Positions 1 through 10,725 of a stretch of DNA of 64,000 nucleotides are shown piece after piece. Within the stretch, counting starts at the first letter, position 1; each line of letters starts with the position of its first letter. A program made the position numbers and the translations under genes. Under the pieces are notes generated by a model. The model searched no databases, had not been told where the DNA came from, and worked only from the letters and a program-made list of their open reading frames with translations. This DNA comes from Nitrospiraceae bacterium (GTDB lineage Bacteria; Nitrospirota; Nitrospiria; Nitrospirales; Nitrospiraceae), in assembly GCA_050246315.1 (NCBI GenBank), contig JBFWWG010000003.1:1-64000 (forward strand), written 5' to 3'.

Positions 1-2
1 AC

Positions 3-1031
3 CATGCCCAGGCGCTGCGGGAGATCTTCGATCGTCTGGCCGGCTCGCTCAATGGAATCGCCGCGGTCGGCCATCGGGTGGTCCACGGAGGAGATCGCTT
101 CGTCGAGTCTACGATCATTTCCGAAGAAGTGGAGACCGGCATCGACTCGTTGTCCGTGTTGGCCCCGCTTCACAATCCTGCCTGTCTCGCAGGAATCCGT
201 GGAACCAGGGCGTTGCTGGGCTCCAAGCTGCCGATGGTCGCCGTGTTCGACACGGCCTTTCATCGGACCATGCCGGCCATCGCCAAGCAGTATGCGATTC
301 CAGGGGCACTGGCCGACCGGCATCGCATCAGTCGATACGGATTTCACGGGATCGCCCATGCATCGCTCGTACAGGGCTACGCGGCGGCGACGGAAACCCT
401 GCTGGAACGAGTCCGGGTGATTACGCTCCAGTTGGGGAATGGCTGCTCCATGACGGCCATTGCACAGGGCCGGTCGGTCGAAACCTCGATGGGCTTTACG
501 CCACTCGAGGGATTGGTGATGGGGACCCGTTCCGGCGATGTGGATGCCTCGATCGTGAGCTATCTGTCCGAGCGAGAACAGGTTGCTCCGGCCGAGGTCG
601 AACGGTGGCTCAACGAACGGTCGGGGCTTCTCGGCCTCTCAGGACGTTCACCGGACATGCGGGAGTTGATCCGGGCAGCCGAACAGGATCAGGATGGTCG
701 GGCCGAGTTCGCCATCGACCTGTTTTGTTATCGAGCGCGCAAGTATCTCGGCGCCTACCTCGCCGTGCTGGGCGGGGCCGATGCGGTCGTCTTTGGAGGC
801 GGAATCGGAGAGAACGCACCCGAGATTCGGACCCGAATCTGCCGGGATATGGACTGGTGCGGTCTGAAGCTCGATCCCAACCGGAACCGAGCATCGGTCG
901 GACTCGCGCCCGGTCAGGCCGCGCGGATCAGCATGGATAACTCGCGGCCGGCCGCCTATGTGGTCGCGGCGGACGAGGAAACCTGGATCGCCAGGGAGAC
1001 CGTCCGCTATGTGCGCGGAGCTCATTCATAG
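3..1031 (+). CDS. ackA: Acetate kinase (5'-truncated by window edge)
   Basis: Frame is open from position 3 (HAQALREIF...AVGHRVVHGG). Motifs LAPLHNPA, VFDTAFH, RYGFHG, TSMGFTPLEGLVMGTRSGD and FGGGIGEN match the acetate kinase family; it lies next to phosphoketolase. Confidence 0.95.
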   Translation, partial: HAQALREIFDRLAGSLNGIAAVGHRVVHGGDRFVESTIISEEVETGIDSLSVLAPLHNPACLAGIRGTRALLGSKLPMVAVFDTAFHRTMPAIAKQYAIPGALADRHRISRYGFHGIAHASLVQGYAAATETLLERVRVITLQLGNGCSMTAIAQGRSVETSMGFTPLEGLVMGTRSGDVDASIVSYLSEREQVAPAEVERWLNERSGLLGLSGRSPDMRELIRAAEQDQDGRAEFAIDLFCYRARKYLGAYLAVLGGADAVVFGGGIGENAPEIRTRICRDMDWCGLKLDPNRNRASVGLAPGQAARISMDNSRPAAYVVAADEETWIARETVRYVRGAHS

Positions 1032-1046
1032 GCAGCAAGTGTTTTG

Positions 1047-1080
1047 CCCCTCACCCATCCCTCTCCCCGCGTGGGAGAGG
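1047..1080. repeat. REP-like hairpin CCCCTCACCCATCCCTCTCCC-N5-GGGAGAGG
   Basis: Perfect 8-bp stem CCTCTCCC/GGGAGAGG (1059-1066 / 1073-1080) just downstream of the ackA stop. Confidence 0.55.
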
Positions 1081-1106
1081 CACAGCAAGAGGCGCGGGCC
1101 ACACAA

Positions 1107-1238
1107 GCAGGTTTCGGAAAAACTCGTTGTTCACCCTTTCGACAAGCTCAGGGCGAACGAAGACTTGCTAGAAATTACGCGTTTCCAGCGTCGGCGGTGA
1201 GCCTGTCGAACCACAAAATAAAGTGTTCCGCTGCCTGC
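1107..1238. mobile_element. 132-bp MITE-like element, family A copy 1
   Basis: Imperfect terminal inverted repeats GCAGGTTTCGGAA...TTCCGCTGCCTGC and an internal inverted repeat TTCGACAAGCTCA / TGAGCCTGTCGAA. Same length and architecture as 33467-33598. Confidence 0.75.
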
Positions 1239-1272
1239 GAGAAGGGCATTCATAACAAGACAAGGAGCGATC

Positions 1273-3681
1273 ATGGAGAAACCGTTGTCGGACAAAGAAC
1301 TCAAGCTGATGGACGCCTACTGGCGCGCGGCCAATTATCTCTCGGTGGGGCAGATCTACCTGTATGACAACCCCTTGCTGAAAGAGCCATTAAAGAAGGA
1401 ACACATCAAACCCCGCCTGCTCGGGCACTGGGGGACGACGCCAGGGCTCAATTTCATCTACGTTCATCTGAACCGCATCATCAAGCAGCGGGACCTCAAC
1501 ATGATGTACATCATCGGCCCCGGCCATGGCGGGCCTGGGCTGGTGGCGAATGCCTATCTCGAACGTACCTACAGCGAGGTCTATCCGAACATCTCGCAGG
1601 ATGAAGAAGGCATGAAACGGTTGTTCAAACAGTTCTCCTTTCCAGGAGGTATCCCGAGCCACGTGGCGCCGGAAACCCCCGGCTCGATCCATGAAGGGGG
1701 AGAACTGGGGTATGCCGTCTCGCACGCCTATGGCGCCGCCTACGATAATCCTGACCTGACCGTCGCCTGCGTCGTCGGAGATGGTGAGGCGGAGACGGGA
1801 CCGCTGGCAACCGCTTGGCACTCCAACAAGTTCCTCAACCCCGCCACCGACGGCGCCGTGCTACCCATCCTGCACTTGAATGGCTACAAGATCGCCAACC
1901 CCTGCGTGCTGGCCCGCATCAGCCACGAGGAGTTGGAGCACCTCTTTCGCGGGTACGGGTATACGCCCCATTTCGTCGAGGGCCACGAGCCGGCCAAGAT
2001 GCATCAATTGATGGCTGCCACGCTCGAGACCTGCTTCGAAGACATCCGCCGAATTCAGACCCAGGCCAGAAAGAACGGAGTCAAGCAACGGCCGCGCTGG
2101 CCGATGATCATCCTCCGTTCGCCGAAAGGCTGGACCTGTCCGAAGGAAATCGACGGCAAGCGGACCGAGGATTACTGGCGGTCTCATCAGGTACCGATGG
2201 GCGAGATGCACGAGAAACCCGAGCATGTAAAGATCCTTGAGAAGTGGATGAAGAGTTACAAGCCGGATGAACTCTTCGATCAGTCCGACCGGTTGAGGCC
2301 GGAATTGGCCGAACTCGCCCCAAAGGCCGAGCGGCGCATGAGCGCCAATCCTCACGCCAACGGCGGGCTGTTGCTCAGAGATCTGCGCCTGCCGGATTTC
2401 CGCGACTATGCGATCAAGGTCACGAAACCCGGTTCTGTCATGGCCGAGTCCACCCGCCTCATGGGAAAGTTTCTACGGGACACGATGAAACTGAACATGG
2501 AGAGCGGGAACTTCCGCCTGTTCAGCCCCGACGAGAACAACTCGAACCGCTGGCAGGACGTCCTGGAGGTCACGGACCGTGCGTGGATGGCGGACCGCTA
2601 CCCGTACGACGACCACTTGGCGCCTGATGGACGAGTCATGGAGATGCTCAGCGAGCACCAGTGCCAAGGTTGGCTGGAGGGGTATCTCCTGACCGGCCGA
2701 CACGGATTCTTCTCCTGCTACGAAGCGTTCATTCACATCATCGACTCCATGTTCAACCAGCACGCCAAGTGGCTCAAGGTCTGCAACGACATCCCCTGGC
2801 GCCGGCCGATTGCCTCACTCAACTATCTGCTTAGCTCGCACGTCTGGCGGCAGGACCACAACGGTTTCAGCCACCAGGATCCGGGCTTTATCGACCATGT
2901 CGTCAACAAAAAGGCGGAGGTCGTGCGCGTCTATCTCCCGCCGGACGGGAACACGCTCCTGTCCGTCACCGACCACTGCCTACGCAGCCGCAATTACGTC
3001 AATGTCATTGTGGCTGGCAAGCAACCGGCCCCCCAGTGGCTGACGATGGACGAAGCCGTCAAACATTGTACGGCCGGCATCGGCATCTGGGAGTGGGCCA
3101 GCAACGACAAGGGCAGCGACCCCGATGTGGTCATGGCCTGCTGCGGAGACGTGCCGACGCTGGAGACGCTGGCCGCAGTGGACCTCTTTCGCCAATATGT
3201 GCCAGCGCTGAAGATCCGAGTCGTGAACGTCGTGAACTTGATGAAACTGCAACCGGCGAGCTTGCATCCGCACGGCTTGTCCGACCAGGATTTTGATGCG
3301 CTGTTCACCAAAGACAAGCCGGTTATCTTCGCCTTCCACGGCTACCCCTGGTTGATTCATCGGCTGACGTACAGGCGGACCAACCATATGAACCTGCACG
3401 TGCGCGGTTACAAGGAAGAGGGCACCACGACGACGCCGTTCGACATGTGCGTGCTCAACGACCTCGACCGCTTTCACCTGGCCGCCGACGTGATCGACCG
3501 GGTCCCGTCCCTGGGCGCTCGAGCCGCCTATGCCAAGCAGGCGCTGCGCGACAAGCTGCTCGAGCACAAGCAATACATCGCCAGATACGGGGAGGACATG
3601 CCCGAGATCACCAACTGGCAATGGGGCCAGCGGACGCCGGCTCAGAAACGAGCGACGTCCACGGAAGCGGACAACGTGTAG
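1273..3681 (+). CDS. xfp: Xylulose-5-phosphate/fructose-6-phosphate phosphoketolase
   Basis: 802 aa with [22 protein letters not shown]-binding GDGEAETGP and [30 protein letters not shown] upstream. Confidence 0.97.
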   Translation: MEKPLSDKELKLMDAYWRAANYLSVGQIYLYDNPLLKEPLKKEHIKPRLLGHWGTTPGLNFIYVHLNRIIKQRDLNMMYIIGPGHGGPGLVANAYLERTYSEVYPNISQDEEGMKRLFKQFSFPGGIPSHVAPETPGSIHEGGELGYAVSHAYGAAYDNPDLTVACVVGDGEAETGPLATAWHSNKFLNPATDGAVLPILHLNGYKIANPCVLARISHEELEHLFRGYGYTPHFVEGHEPAKMHQLMAATLETCFEDIRRIQTQARKNGVKQRPRWPMIILRSPKGWTCPKEIDGKRTEDYWRSHQVPMGEMHEKPEHVKILEKWMKSYKPDELFDQSDRLRPELAELAPKAERRMSANPHANGGLLLRDLRLPDFRDYAIKVTKPGSVMAESTRLMGKFLRDTMKLNMESGNFRLFSPDENNSNRWQDVLEVTDRAWMADRYPYDDHLAPDGRVMEMLSEHQCQGWLEGYLLTGRHGFFSCYEAFIHIIDSMFNQHAKWLKVCNDIPWRRPIASLNYLLSSHVWRQDHNGFSHQDPGFIDHVVNKKAEVVRVYLPPDGNTLLSVTDHCLRSRNYVNVIVAGKQPAPQWLTMDEAVKHCTAGIGIWEWASNDKGSDPDVVMACCGDVPTLETLAAVDLFRQYVPALKIRVVNVVNLMKLQPASLHPHGLSDQDFDALFTKDKPVIFAFHGYPWLIHRLTYRRTNHMNLHVRGYKEEGTTTTPFDMCVLNDLDRFHLAADVIDRVPSLGARAAYAKQALRDKLLEHKQYIARYGEDMPEITNWQWGQRTPAQKRATSTEADNV

Positions 3682-3705
3682 CGCGAGCAGAGGTGGGAGG
3701 AGGAG

Positions 3706-5805
3706 ATGGAAGCGGCTGCCAGGAACGTCGCTCCGGGAAAAAGCTCTCCCCTCGGAGCGACCGTCTTTCCCGACGGCGTCAACTTCAGCCTCTATTCCAA
3801 AAACAGCGCCCTTGTAGAATTGCTGTTGTTCAAGCGCGTGGACGATGCCAAGCCGGCGGCGGTGATTCCCCTCGATCCCTGGCGGAACCGGACCTACCAC
3901 TACTGGCACGCGTTTGTCCCAGCTTTGCAACCAGGCCAGATCTACGGTTATCGCGTCCATGGCCCCTTCGATCCGCCACAGGGGCTGCGATTCGACCACG
4001 AGAAGGTCCTGCTCGATCCATACAGCAAGGCCGTAGCCCTTCCCGAAGGGTACAGCCGCGCCGCGGCCTCCGCCCCTGGCGACAATTGTGCAACCGCGAT
4101 GAAAAGCCTGGTCGTGGATGTCCGCCGATATGATTGGCAGGGAGACAAGCCGCTTCATCGTCCCTCAGCAAGTACCGTGATCTACGAACTACACGTCGGC
4201 GGATTCACCCGTCACCCCAATTCCGGTCTGGCCCCGGAAAAACGAGGCACCTATGCGGGATTGATCGAGAAGATTCCATATCTGAAGGAGCTTGGCATCA
4301 CCGCCGTCGAGCTGCTGCCGGTGTTTCAGTATGACCGACAAGACTGCCCGCCCGGGCGCGTGAACTACTGGGGCTATTCGCCGATCTCGTTCTTCGCCCC
4401 TCACACGGCCTACAGCTCGCGCAAAGACCTGCTGGGTCCGGTGGACGAGTTTCGCGACCTGGTCAAGGCGCTCCATCGGGCCGGCATCGAGATCCTCCTG
4501 GATGTGGTCTATAACCATACAACCGAAGGGGACCACGAAGGTCCGACCCTCAGCTATCGAGGTCTCGAAAACGACGTCTATTACCTTTTGGAAGAAGACC
4601 GTAGCCGGTACCGCAACTATGCGGGAACCGGCAATACAATGAACGCCAACCATCCGATCGTCCGCCGACTGATCGTGGACAGTCTCCGTTACTGGGTCGA
4701 GGAGATGCACGTGGATGGCTTTCGTTTCGACCTAGCCTCGATCCTCTCCCGCGACGAGTCCGGCCGACCGTTGCAGAATCCTCCGGTACTCTGGGATATC
4801 GAGTCGGACCCGGTTCTGGCCGGAACCAAGCTCATCGCCGAAGCCTGGGATGCTGCGGGCCTGTATCAGGTCGGCTCCTTCATCGGCGATAGTTGGAAGG
4901 AATGGAACGGGCGTTTCCGCGACGACGCCCGAGCCTTCTTCCGTGGCGAAGAGGGCTCGGCGTCGCGTTTTGCAGACCGCTTCATCGGCAGTCCGGAGAT
5001 CTACGGCAATGAGGGACGGGAGCCGGAACAGAGCATCAACTTTGTGACCTGTCACGACGGCTTCACCCTCAATGACCTCGTCTCCTACAACCGGAAGCAC
5101 AACGAGGCCAACGGCGAGGACAACCGCGACGGGGCGGATGACAACAAGAGCTGGAACTGCGGCGTCGAGGGGCCGACGGACGATCCGGCCGTGGAACGGT
5201 TGCGGAACAGACAAGTCAAAAACTTCTTGACCGTCACGCTGCTTTCCCTGGGAGTGCCCATGATGCTGATGGGGGATGAAGTGCGGCGGACGCAACAAGG
5301 GAACAACAACGCCTATGGTCTGGACGACCAAACCAACTGGTTTGATTGGGCGCTGGTCGACAAGCACGCCGATGTGCATCGGTTTGCGACGCTGCTCAAT
5401 GCGCGGCGTCTGTTGCGCGACGTGGAACACGAGAGACAACGACTGAATCTCACTCAACTGATCCGTGAGGCCGATAAGGTGTGGCATGGCGTCACACTCA
5501 ACCAACCGGATTGGAGTCCGAGTTCGCACACGATTGCGGTGACGGTGAAGGTCCAAAGAGACGGGCTTCTCGTCCATGTCATCCTGAATGCCTATTGGGA
5601 GCCCCTCGAATTCGAGCTGCCTCCGCTGAATCCCGGGACCGGTCAAACCTGGCGTCGATGGATCGACACCGCCCTCGACTCGCCGGACGACATCGTTCCG
5701 TGGCAGGAGGCCCCGTCGCTTCCCGGTTCGCCCTATCGGACGGAGGCGCGCTCGGTCGTGGTGCTGTATACGACCGTCGCGCGTGGGACGGGGGCCGCAG
5801 GCTGA
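3706..5805 (+). CDS. glgX: Glycogen debranching enzyme / isoamylase (GH13)
   Basis: 699 aa with PLGAT..DGVNFS, NYWGY, DVVYNHT, DGFRFDLA, IAEAWD and NFVTCHDGFTLNDLVSYN. RBS GGAGGAG. Confidence 0.95.
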   Translation: MEAAARNVAPGKSSPLGATVFPDGVNFSLYSKNSALVELLLFKRVDDAKPAAVIPLDPWRNRTYHYWHAFVPALQPGQIYGYRVHGPFDPPQGLRFDHEKVLLDPYSKAVALPEGYSRAAASAPGDNCATAMKSLVVDVRRYDWQGDKPLHRPSASTVIYELHVGGFTRHPNSGLAPEKRGTYAGLIEKIPYLKELGITAVELLPVFQYDRQDCPPGRVNYWGYSPISFFAPHTAYSSRKDLLGPVDEFRDLVKALHRAGIEILLDVVYNHTTEGDHEGPTLSYRGLENDVYYLLEEDRSRYRNYAGTGNTMNANHPIVRRLIVDSLRYWVEEMHVDGFRFDLASILSRDESGRPLQNPPVLWDIESDPVLAGTKLIAEAWDAAGLYQVGSFIGDSWKEWNGRFRDDARAFFRGEEGSASRFADRFIGSPEIYGNEGREPEQSINFVTCHDGFTLNDLVSYNRKHNEANGEDNRDGADDNKSWNCGVEGPTDDPAVERLRNRQVKNFLTVTLLSLGVPMMLMGDEVRRTQQGNNNAYGLDDQTNWFDWALVDKHADVHRFATLLNARRLLRDVEHERQRLNLTQLIREADKVWHGVTLNQPDWSPSSHTIAVTVKVQRDGLLVHVILNAYWEPLEFELPPLNPGTGQTWRRWIDTALDSPDDIVPWQEAPSLPGSPYRTEARSVVVLYTTVARGTGAAG

Positions 5806-5864
5806 TCGTCACACCGACGACGGCTGCCACATCAACCGCTCGTCACTGTTTTCGTGGAGGCCTT

Positions 5865-8336
5865 ATGAAGGAGCGTATGAACGAGCTTCGAGACCATTAC
5901 GGATGCGGACCCATTCACTTTACCGGCACGAACGATGCGCTCTACGAACGGCACCTGATTTTCGACCATGTGATCGACCCCCAGCAGGCGGACCTGCGCG
6001 AACAATTTGAAGCCGCCGCACGGTCGTTGCGCGACGTGGTATCGCAACGATGGCTCAAGACCGAACGCACCTACGAACAGAAGAATCCCAAAAGGGTGTA
6101 CTACCTCTCGATGGAGTTCCTGCTTGGCCGGTCGCTCGCCAACAACGTGATCAATTCGCTGTTGGGAACGTTCGCGTTCGAAGCCATGAAAAAGCGAGGG
6201 ATTGACCTGCTGGCCTTGCTGGAGATGGAGCCGGATGCCGGCTTGGGAAACGGAGGGCTTGGCCGGCTGGCGGCTTGCTTCATTGACTCGATGGCGACCT
6301 TGCAGCTCCCCGGCATGGGGTATGGACTCCGCTACGAGTACGGAATCTTCAAGCAGACAATCAGGGATGGCTGGCAGGTCGAGCAGCCGGACAATTGGCT
6401 TCGCCGCCCCGATCCATGGGAAGTCCCTCGGCTGGAGGAATCCGTCGAGGTGAAATTGAACTGCTCGTTCGAGCTGCGCGCCGGGATGCTCCGGCCCGTC
6501 ATCGGGCGGCCCTCCATGCTGCTCGGGATCCCGTTCGACCGGCCGGTCGTCGGGTACGGAGGCAAGACCATCAATACGCTGCGCCTGTGGGCGGCCGGTA
6601 CACCGGACTATTTCGATTTCCAACAATTCAGCCGCGGCGATTTCGTGGGGGCGCTGGCTGAAACGCTCGGCGCCGAATCGCTGACCCGCGTCCTCTATCC
6701 GGACGACTCGACCGCCATGGGGCAGGGCCTCCGCTTCCTGCAGGAGTATTTCCTCGTCGCCTGCTCGCTCGGCGATCTCGTGCGACGCTTCCGGCGCCAC
6801 AACTCGGATTGGAACGCGCTTCCCGAGAAGGTCGCGATTCAACTCAACGACACGCACCCGACGATGGCCGTGCCGGAGCTCATGCGGATCCTGCTCGACG
6901 ACGCGCACCTCGGATGGGATCAGGCCTGGGACGTGACGCAGCGGACCTTGGCCTACACGAACCACACCTTGCTGCCCGAGGCCTTGGAGAAGTGGCCGCT
7001 CGAGTGGTTCGACATCATGCTCCCCAGACATTTGGAAATCATCCTTGAGATCAACCGCCGGCTGCTGGACTCCGTCCGAGCCCGATTTCCCGGAGATGAG
7101 GCGCGCACCACCCGCATCAGCCTGGTGGAGGAGGGGATCCGGCCCAAGATCCGCATGGCGAATCTGGCCATCGTTGGCTCTCACAGCACCAACGGCGTCG
7201 CCGCCATTCACTCCGGACTGCTGCGCTCCCTGACGGTCAAAGACCTGGCCGAGTTGTATCCCGAGCGGTTCAACAACAAGACGAACGGGGTCACACCGCG
7301 ACGGTGGCTGCTCGCCTGCAATCCCGGTTTGGCGCAGATCATCACCGACGCCATCGGCGACGGATGGATCACGGATCTCGGTCAAGTGCGCGGGCTGAAA
7401 CCCCTGGCCAACGACGCCGCCTTTCGCGAGGCCTTTCGCAAAGCCAAGCGACAGGCCAAAACGCACTTTGCGGCATGGCTCAAATCCACGACCGGCGAGA
7501 CGGTTGATCCGGACACGATCTTCGACTGCCAGGTCAAACGCATCCACGAATACAAGCGTCAATTGCTGAATGCCCTGCACATCGTCGTGCTGTACAATCG
7601 CCTGCGGGAGAATCCGAACCTTGATATCCCTCCACGGACATTCTTCTTCGCCGGGAAGGCGGCTCCCGCCTATGTCTTGGCCAAGCTCATCATCAAATTC
7701 ATCAACAACCTGGCCGGCACCGTCAACGGCGATCCCGCCGTTCGCGGAAGGTTGAAAGTCCTCTTTCTGCCCGAGTACTGTGTCTCCTTGGCCGAGCGGC
7801 TCATTCCCGCCGCCGACGTGTCGGAGCAAATCTCGACTGCCGGCTATGAAGCCAGCGGGACCAGCAATATGAAGTTCATGATGAACGGCGCTCTCACCAT
7901 CGGGACCCGCGACGGAGCGACAATCGAGATCGCCGAGGAGGCAGGGGAGGAGAACGTCTTTCTCTTCGGGCTCACGGCCGAGCAAGTCACCGGCAGCCGG
8001 GGTTGGTACAACCCGTATTGGCATTACGACAACGAGGCGGAGACCCGACAGGCGTTGGACGTGATCTTCTCCAACCTTTTCAGCCGGAACGAGCCTGGTG
8101 CATTCACTCCCATCCGCGATATGCTCCTGACCAATGGGGATTTCTACATGCACCTGGCGGATCTCAAGGCCTACGCCGAAGCGCAGGAACGGCTCGGCGG
8201 GCTGTACAGCGATCGAGACGGCTGGGCTACGAAGGCTATCCTCAACGTCGCAAGTTCAGGCAAATTTTCCAGCGACCGCACGATTGCGGAGTACGCAGCG
8301 GAGATCTGGAACGTGAAGCCGTGCACGGTGTCATAA
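5865..8336 (+). CDS. glgP: Glycogen/starch phosphorylase
   Basis: GLGNGGLGRLAACF, QLNDTHP, KRIHEYKRQ and PLP site EASGTSNMKFM. Start placed at ATG 5865 behind GGAGG instead of the ORF-track start that overlaps glgX. Confidence 0.95.
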   Translation: MKERMNELRDHYGCGPIHFTGTNDALYERHLIFDHVIDPQQADLREQFEAAARSLRDVVSQRWLKTERTYEQKNPKRVYYLSMEFLLGRSLANNVINSLLGTFAFEAMKKRGIDLLALLEMEPDAGLGNGGLGRLAACFIDSMATLQLPGMGYGLRYEYGIFKQTIRDGWQVEQPDNWLRRPDPWEVPRLEESVEVKLNCSFELRAGMLRPVIGRPSMLLGIPFDRPVVGYGGKTINTLRLWAAGTPDYFDFQQFSRGDFVGALAETLGAESLTRVLYPDDSTAMGQGLRFLQEYFLVACSLGDLVRRFRRHNSDWNALPEKVAIQLNDTHPTMAVPELMRILLDDAHLGWDQAWDVTQRTLAYTNHTLLPEALEKWPLEWFDIMLPRHLEIILEINRRLLDSVRARFPGDEARTTRISLVEEGIRPKIRMANLAIVGSHSTNGVAAIHSGLLRSLTVKDLAELYPERFNNKTNGVTPRRWLLACNPGLAQIITDAIGDGWITDLGQVRGLKPLANDAAFREAFRKAKRQAKTHFAAWLKSTTGETVDPDTIFDCQVKRIHEYKRQLLNALHIVVLYNRLRENPNLDIPPRTFFFAGKAAPAYVLAKLIIKFINNLAGTVNGDPAVRGRLKVLFLPEYCVSLAERLIPAADVSEQISTAGYEASGTSNMKFMMNGALTIGTRDGATIEIAEEAGEENVFLFGLTAEQVTGSRGWYNPYWHYDNEAETRQALDVIFSNLFSRNEPGAFTPIRDMLLTNGDFYMHLADLKAYAEAQERLGGLYSDRDGWATKAILNVASSGKFSSDRTIAEYAAEIWNVKPCTVS

Positions 8337-8433
8337 TCGGCGGCTTTGCCGATTGTTGTCACACAGCCATGCGTCGGCCGATCGGTGTGTGCGTCAACCG
8401 GCCCTTCTTTTATCGGATGCGGAGGATGGCATC

Positions 8434-10710
8434 ATGTCGGAAAATCCGGACGAGCCCAATGGACTCACCCGCCGGGAGTTGACTCGGTACTTGGGCGCCT
8501 CATTCGGACTCGCCTGTCTCAGCCCTCTGGTCGGTTGCGGAGAACTCTGGGAACGTCAGGCCGTCATCCCTGTCGATCGCTGGCACAAAGGCGTCTGTCG
8601 TTTCTGTGGAACGGGCTGCGGCGTCATGATCGGCATCAAGGATCGCAAGGTGGTGGATGTCAAAGGCGACGACGACGCACACAACCGCGGCCGCCTCTGC
8701 ATCAAGGGTCTGTCCACTCGAGACATACTCTATTCCGAGGGCCGTGCCCTCTACCCGATGATCCGGAAACAGGGTGAACTCCAGCGGGCGAGCTGGGATG
8801 AGGCCATGGCCTTGGTGGCTCAACGATTCAAGGAAGCCATAGAAAGACAGGGTCCGGACAGCGTCGCCTTTTATGGCAGCGGGCAGTTGTATACGCAGGA
8901 AAGCTACACGGCGAATAAATTATTCAAGGCCGGCATCGGCACCAACAATGTCGATGGGAACCCGCGATTGTGCATGGCGTCGGCCGTCACCGGCTATACG
9001 ACGACGTTCGGCAAGGACGAGCCGGCCGGCTGCTATGAGGACATCGACCATGCCGACTGCTTCTTCATTACGGGGTCGAACACGCTGGAGTGCCATCCGA
9101 TTATCTGGGAACGTGTGCAGGATCGCAAACGGAGTCACCCGGAAACGACCATCATCCTGGTCGATCCACGGAAAACCTTGACCGCACGACATGCCGACCT
9201 GTACCTGCCCATCTATCCCGGGACGGATGTCTCGCTGTACAACGCCATGATGCATGTGTTCCTCGAACAGCGACTCATCGACTCGGACATGGTCGAGCGC
9301 TACCTCTCGTTCCAGCAAGGCGAGCAGAAGCGGACGTTCGAAGACTTCAAACGGCACATCGCGACCTATACGCCGGAGACGGCGGCCCGGACATGCGGAA
9401 TCACAGCACGCGACATCCGCGAGGCGGCCTTTCGCTTTGCGTCATCAAAAGCCACGATGTCCTTGTGGACTATGGGGCTCAACCAACAAGTCCAGGGGAC
9501 CGCCTCCAATCGACTGGTCAGCGCCATGCATCTCCTCACCGGACACTTCGGCCGTCCCGGGGCCACGCCGTTTTCGTTGACGGGGCAGCCGAACGCCTGC
9601 GGCGGGGTCCGCGATACGGGGACGCTCGCGCATGCGTTGCCGAACGGACGTTCCGTGGCCAACCCCAAGGATCGCGAGGAGATGGAGGATCTATGGAAGG
9701 TCCCGCGCGGACGGATCAGTCCGAAGCCCGGCCACCACACCATGTCGCTGTTTCACGCGATGGGCCGCGGCGACGTGACCTGCTGCCTGGTGATGTGTAC
9801 GAACCCCGGGCAAACGCTTCCCAATGTCACGGCCTACCGGGAAGGGATGGAGAAAGCCTTTTTGGTCGTCGTGGACGCCTTCCACCCCACAGAGACGACG
9901 CGGTTTGCCGACGTGGTCCTGCCTGCCGCCTTGTGGGTCGAAAAGGAAGGTGTGAAGGGCAACGCGGAGCGTCGCTACCATCTCTACCCGAAACTCGTCG
10001 ACCCGCCGGGGGAGGCCAGGAGCGACCTGGCTATTCTGGTCGATTTGGCGGATCGCCTCGGCTATGGCGATCTGATTTCGGCCCGAACGCCGAGAGACGT
10101 GTGGGACGAATGGCGCAAGATCTCGGCCCATTCCACATACAATTTTGAAGGCATCACGTATGACCGGTTGGAGAAGGAACGAGGGCTCCTCTGGCCCTGT
10201 CCCACGGAGTCGCATCCGGGTACGAAACGTCGATACGTGCCGGGGCAGGATCCCATGGCCGCCGGCACCGGTCGGTTTGACTTCTACGGCAAGCCGGACG
10301 GGCGAGCCACCATTTGGCTGGACCATCAGGAAGAACCCCTGGACCAGTACACCGCGGAGTTTCCGTTGATCTTCAACACGGGTCGCATTCTCGAACATTG
10401 GCATACGATGACCATCACCGGTCCGGTCCCGTTACTCCAGGGGATTCATCCCGATTACCTGGAGATCCACCCCTATGACGCCCATCAAGTGAAGGTCAGA
10501 GACGGCGATCCGGTCGTGGTGAAGAGCCGCCGTGGAGAAGTCGAACTGCGCGCGAGGCTCTCGGAGGTCGTCCGGCCGGGCATGGTGTTTGGAACCATGC
10601 ACTCCGCCAAACATTTAGTGAATCAGTCCACCCATGACGTCTACGATCCGTTCTCGAAGCAACCGGCGTATAAACGCTGCGCGGTCTCGGTACGACGGAA
10701 GACGGTGTGA
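8434..10710 (+). CDS. napA: NapA-like molybdopterin nitrate reductase catalytic subunit with Tat/lipoprotein-like signal
   Basis: N-terminal LTRRELT...LVGC; [4Fe-4S] motif CRFCGTGC...LCIKG; YGSGQ; Mo-ligand region NPRLCMASA; TMGLNQ; SLTGQPNACG; TGRILEHWHTMT. ATG 8434 follows GGAGG. Confidence 0.82.
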   Translation: MSENPDEPNGLTRRELTRYLGASFGLACLSPLVGCGELWERQAVIPVDRWHKGVCRFCGTGCGVMIGIKDRKVVDVKGDDDAHNRGRLCIKGLSTRDILYSEGRALYPMIRKQGELQRASWDEAMALVAQRFKEAIERQGPDSVAFYGSGQLYTQESYTANKLFKAGIGTNNVDGNPRLCMASAVTGYTTTFGKDEPAGCYEDIDHADCFFITGSNTLECHPIIWERVQDRKRSHPETTIILVDPRKTLTARHADLYLPIYPGTDVSLYNAMMHVFLEQRLIDSDMVERYLSFQQGEQKRTFEDFKRHIATYTPETAARTCGITARDIREAAFRFASSKATMSLWTMGLNQQVQGTASNRLVSAMHLLTGHFGRPGATPFSLTGQPNACGGVRDTGTLAHALPNGRSVANPKDREEMEDLWKVPRGRISPKPGHHTMSLFHAMGRGDVTCCLVMCTNPGQTLPNVTAYREGMEKAFLVVVDAFHPTETTRFADVVLPAALWVEKEGVKGNAERRYHLYPKLVDPPGEARSDLAILVDLADRLGYGDLISARTPRDVWDEWRKISAHSTYNFEGITYDRLEKERGLLWPCPTESHPGTKRRYVPGQDPMAAGTGRFDFYGKPDGRATIWLDHQEEPLDQYTAEFPLIFNTGRILEHWHTMTITGPVPLLQGIHPDYLEIHPYDAHQVKVRDGDPVVVKSRRGEVELRARLSEVVRPGMVFGTMHSAKHLVNQSTHDVYDPFSKQPAYKRCAVSVRRKTV

Positions 10711-10725
10711 CGGAGCACTCCGACC

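Noticed and set aside
5481..5864. 128-aa N-terminal extension of GlgP in the ORF track
   Set aside because: Overlaps glgX; a good RBS and ATG exist at 5865.
5832..8153. 773-aa antisense ORF
   Set aside because: Lies almost entirely opposite the well-supported glgP and has no motifs; typical high-GC shadow ORF.
8434..10710. Formate dehydrogenase or NXR identity for the molybdoenzyme
   Set aside because: The Mo-site reads CMASA rather than the FDH C/U-H motif, and the size and motifs do not fit NarG/NxrA.
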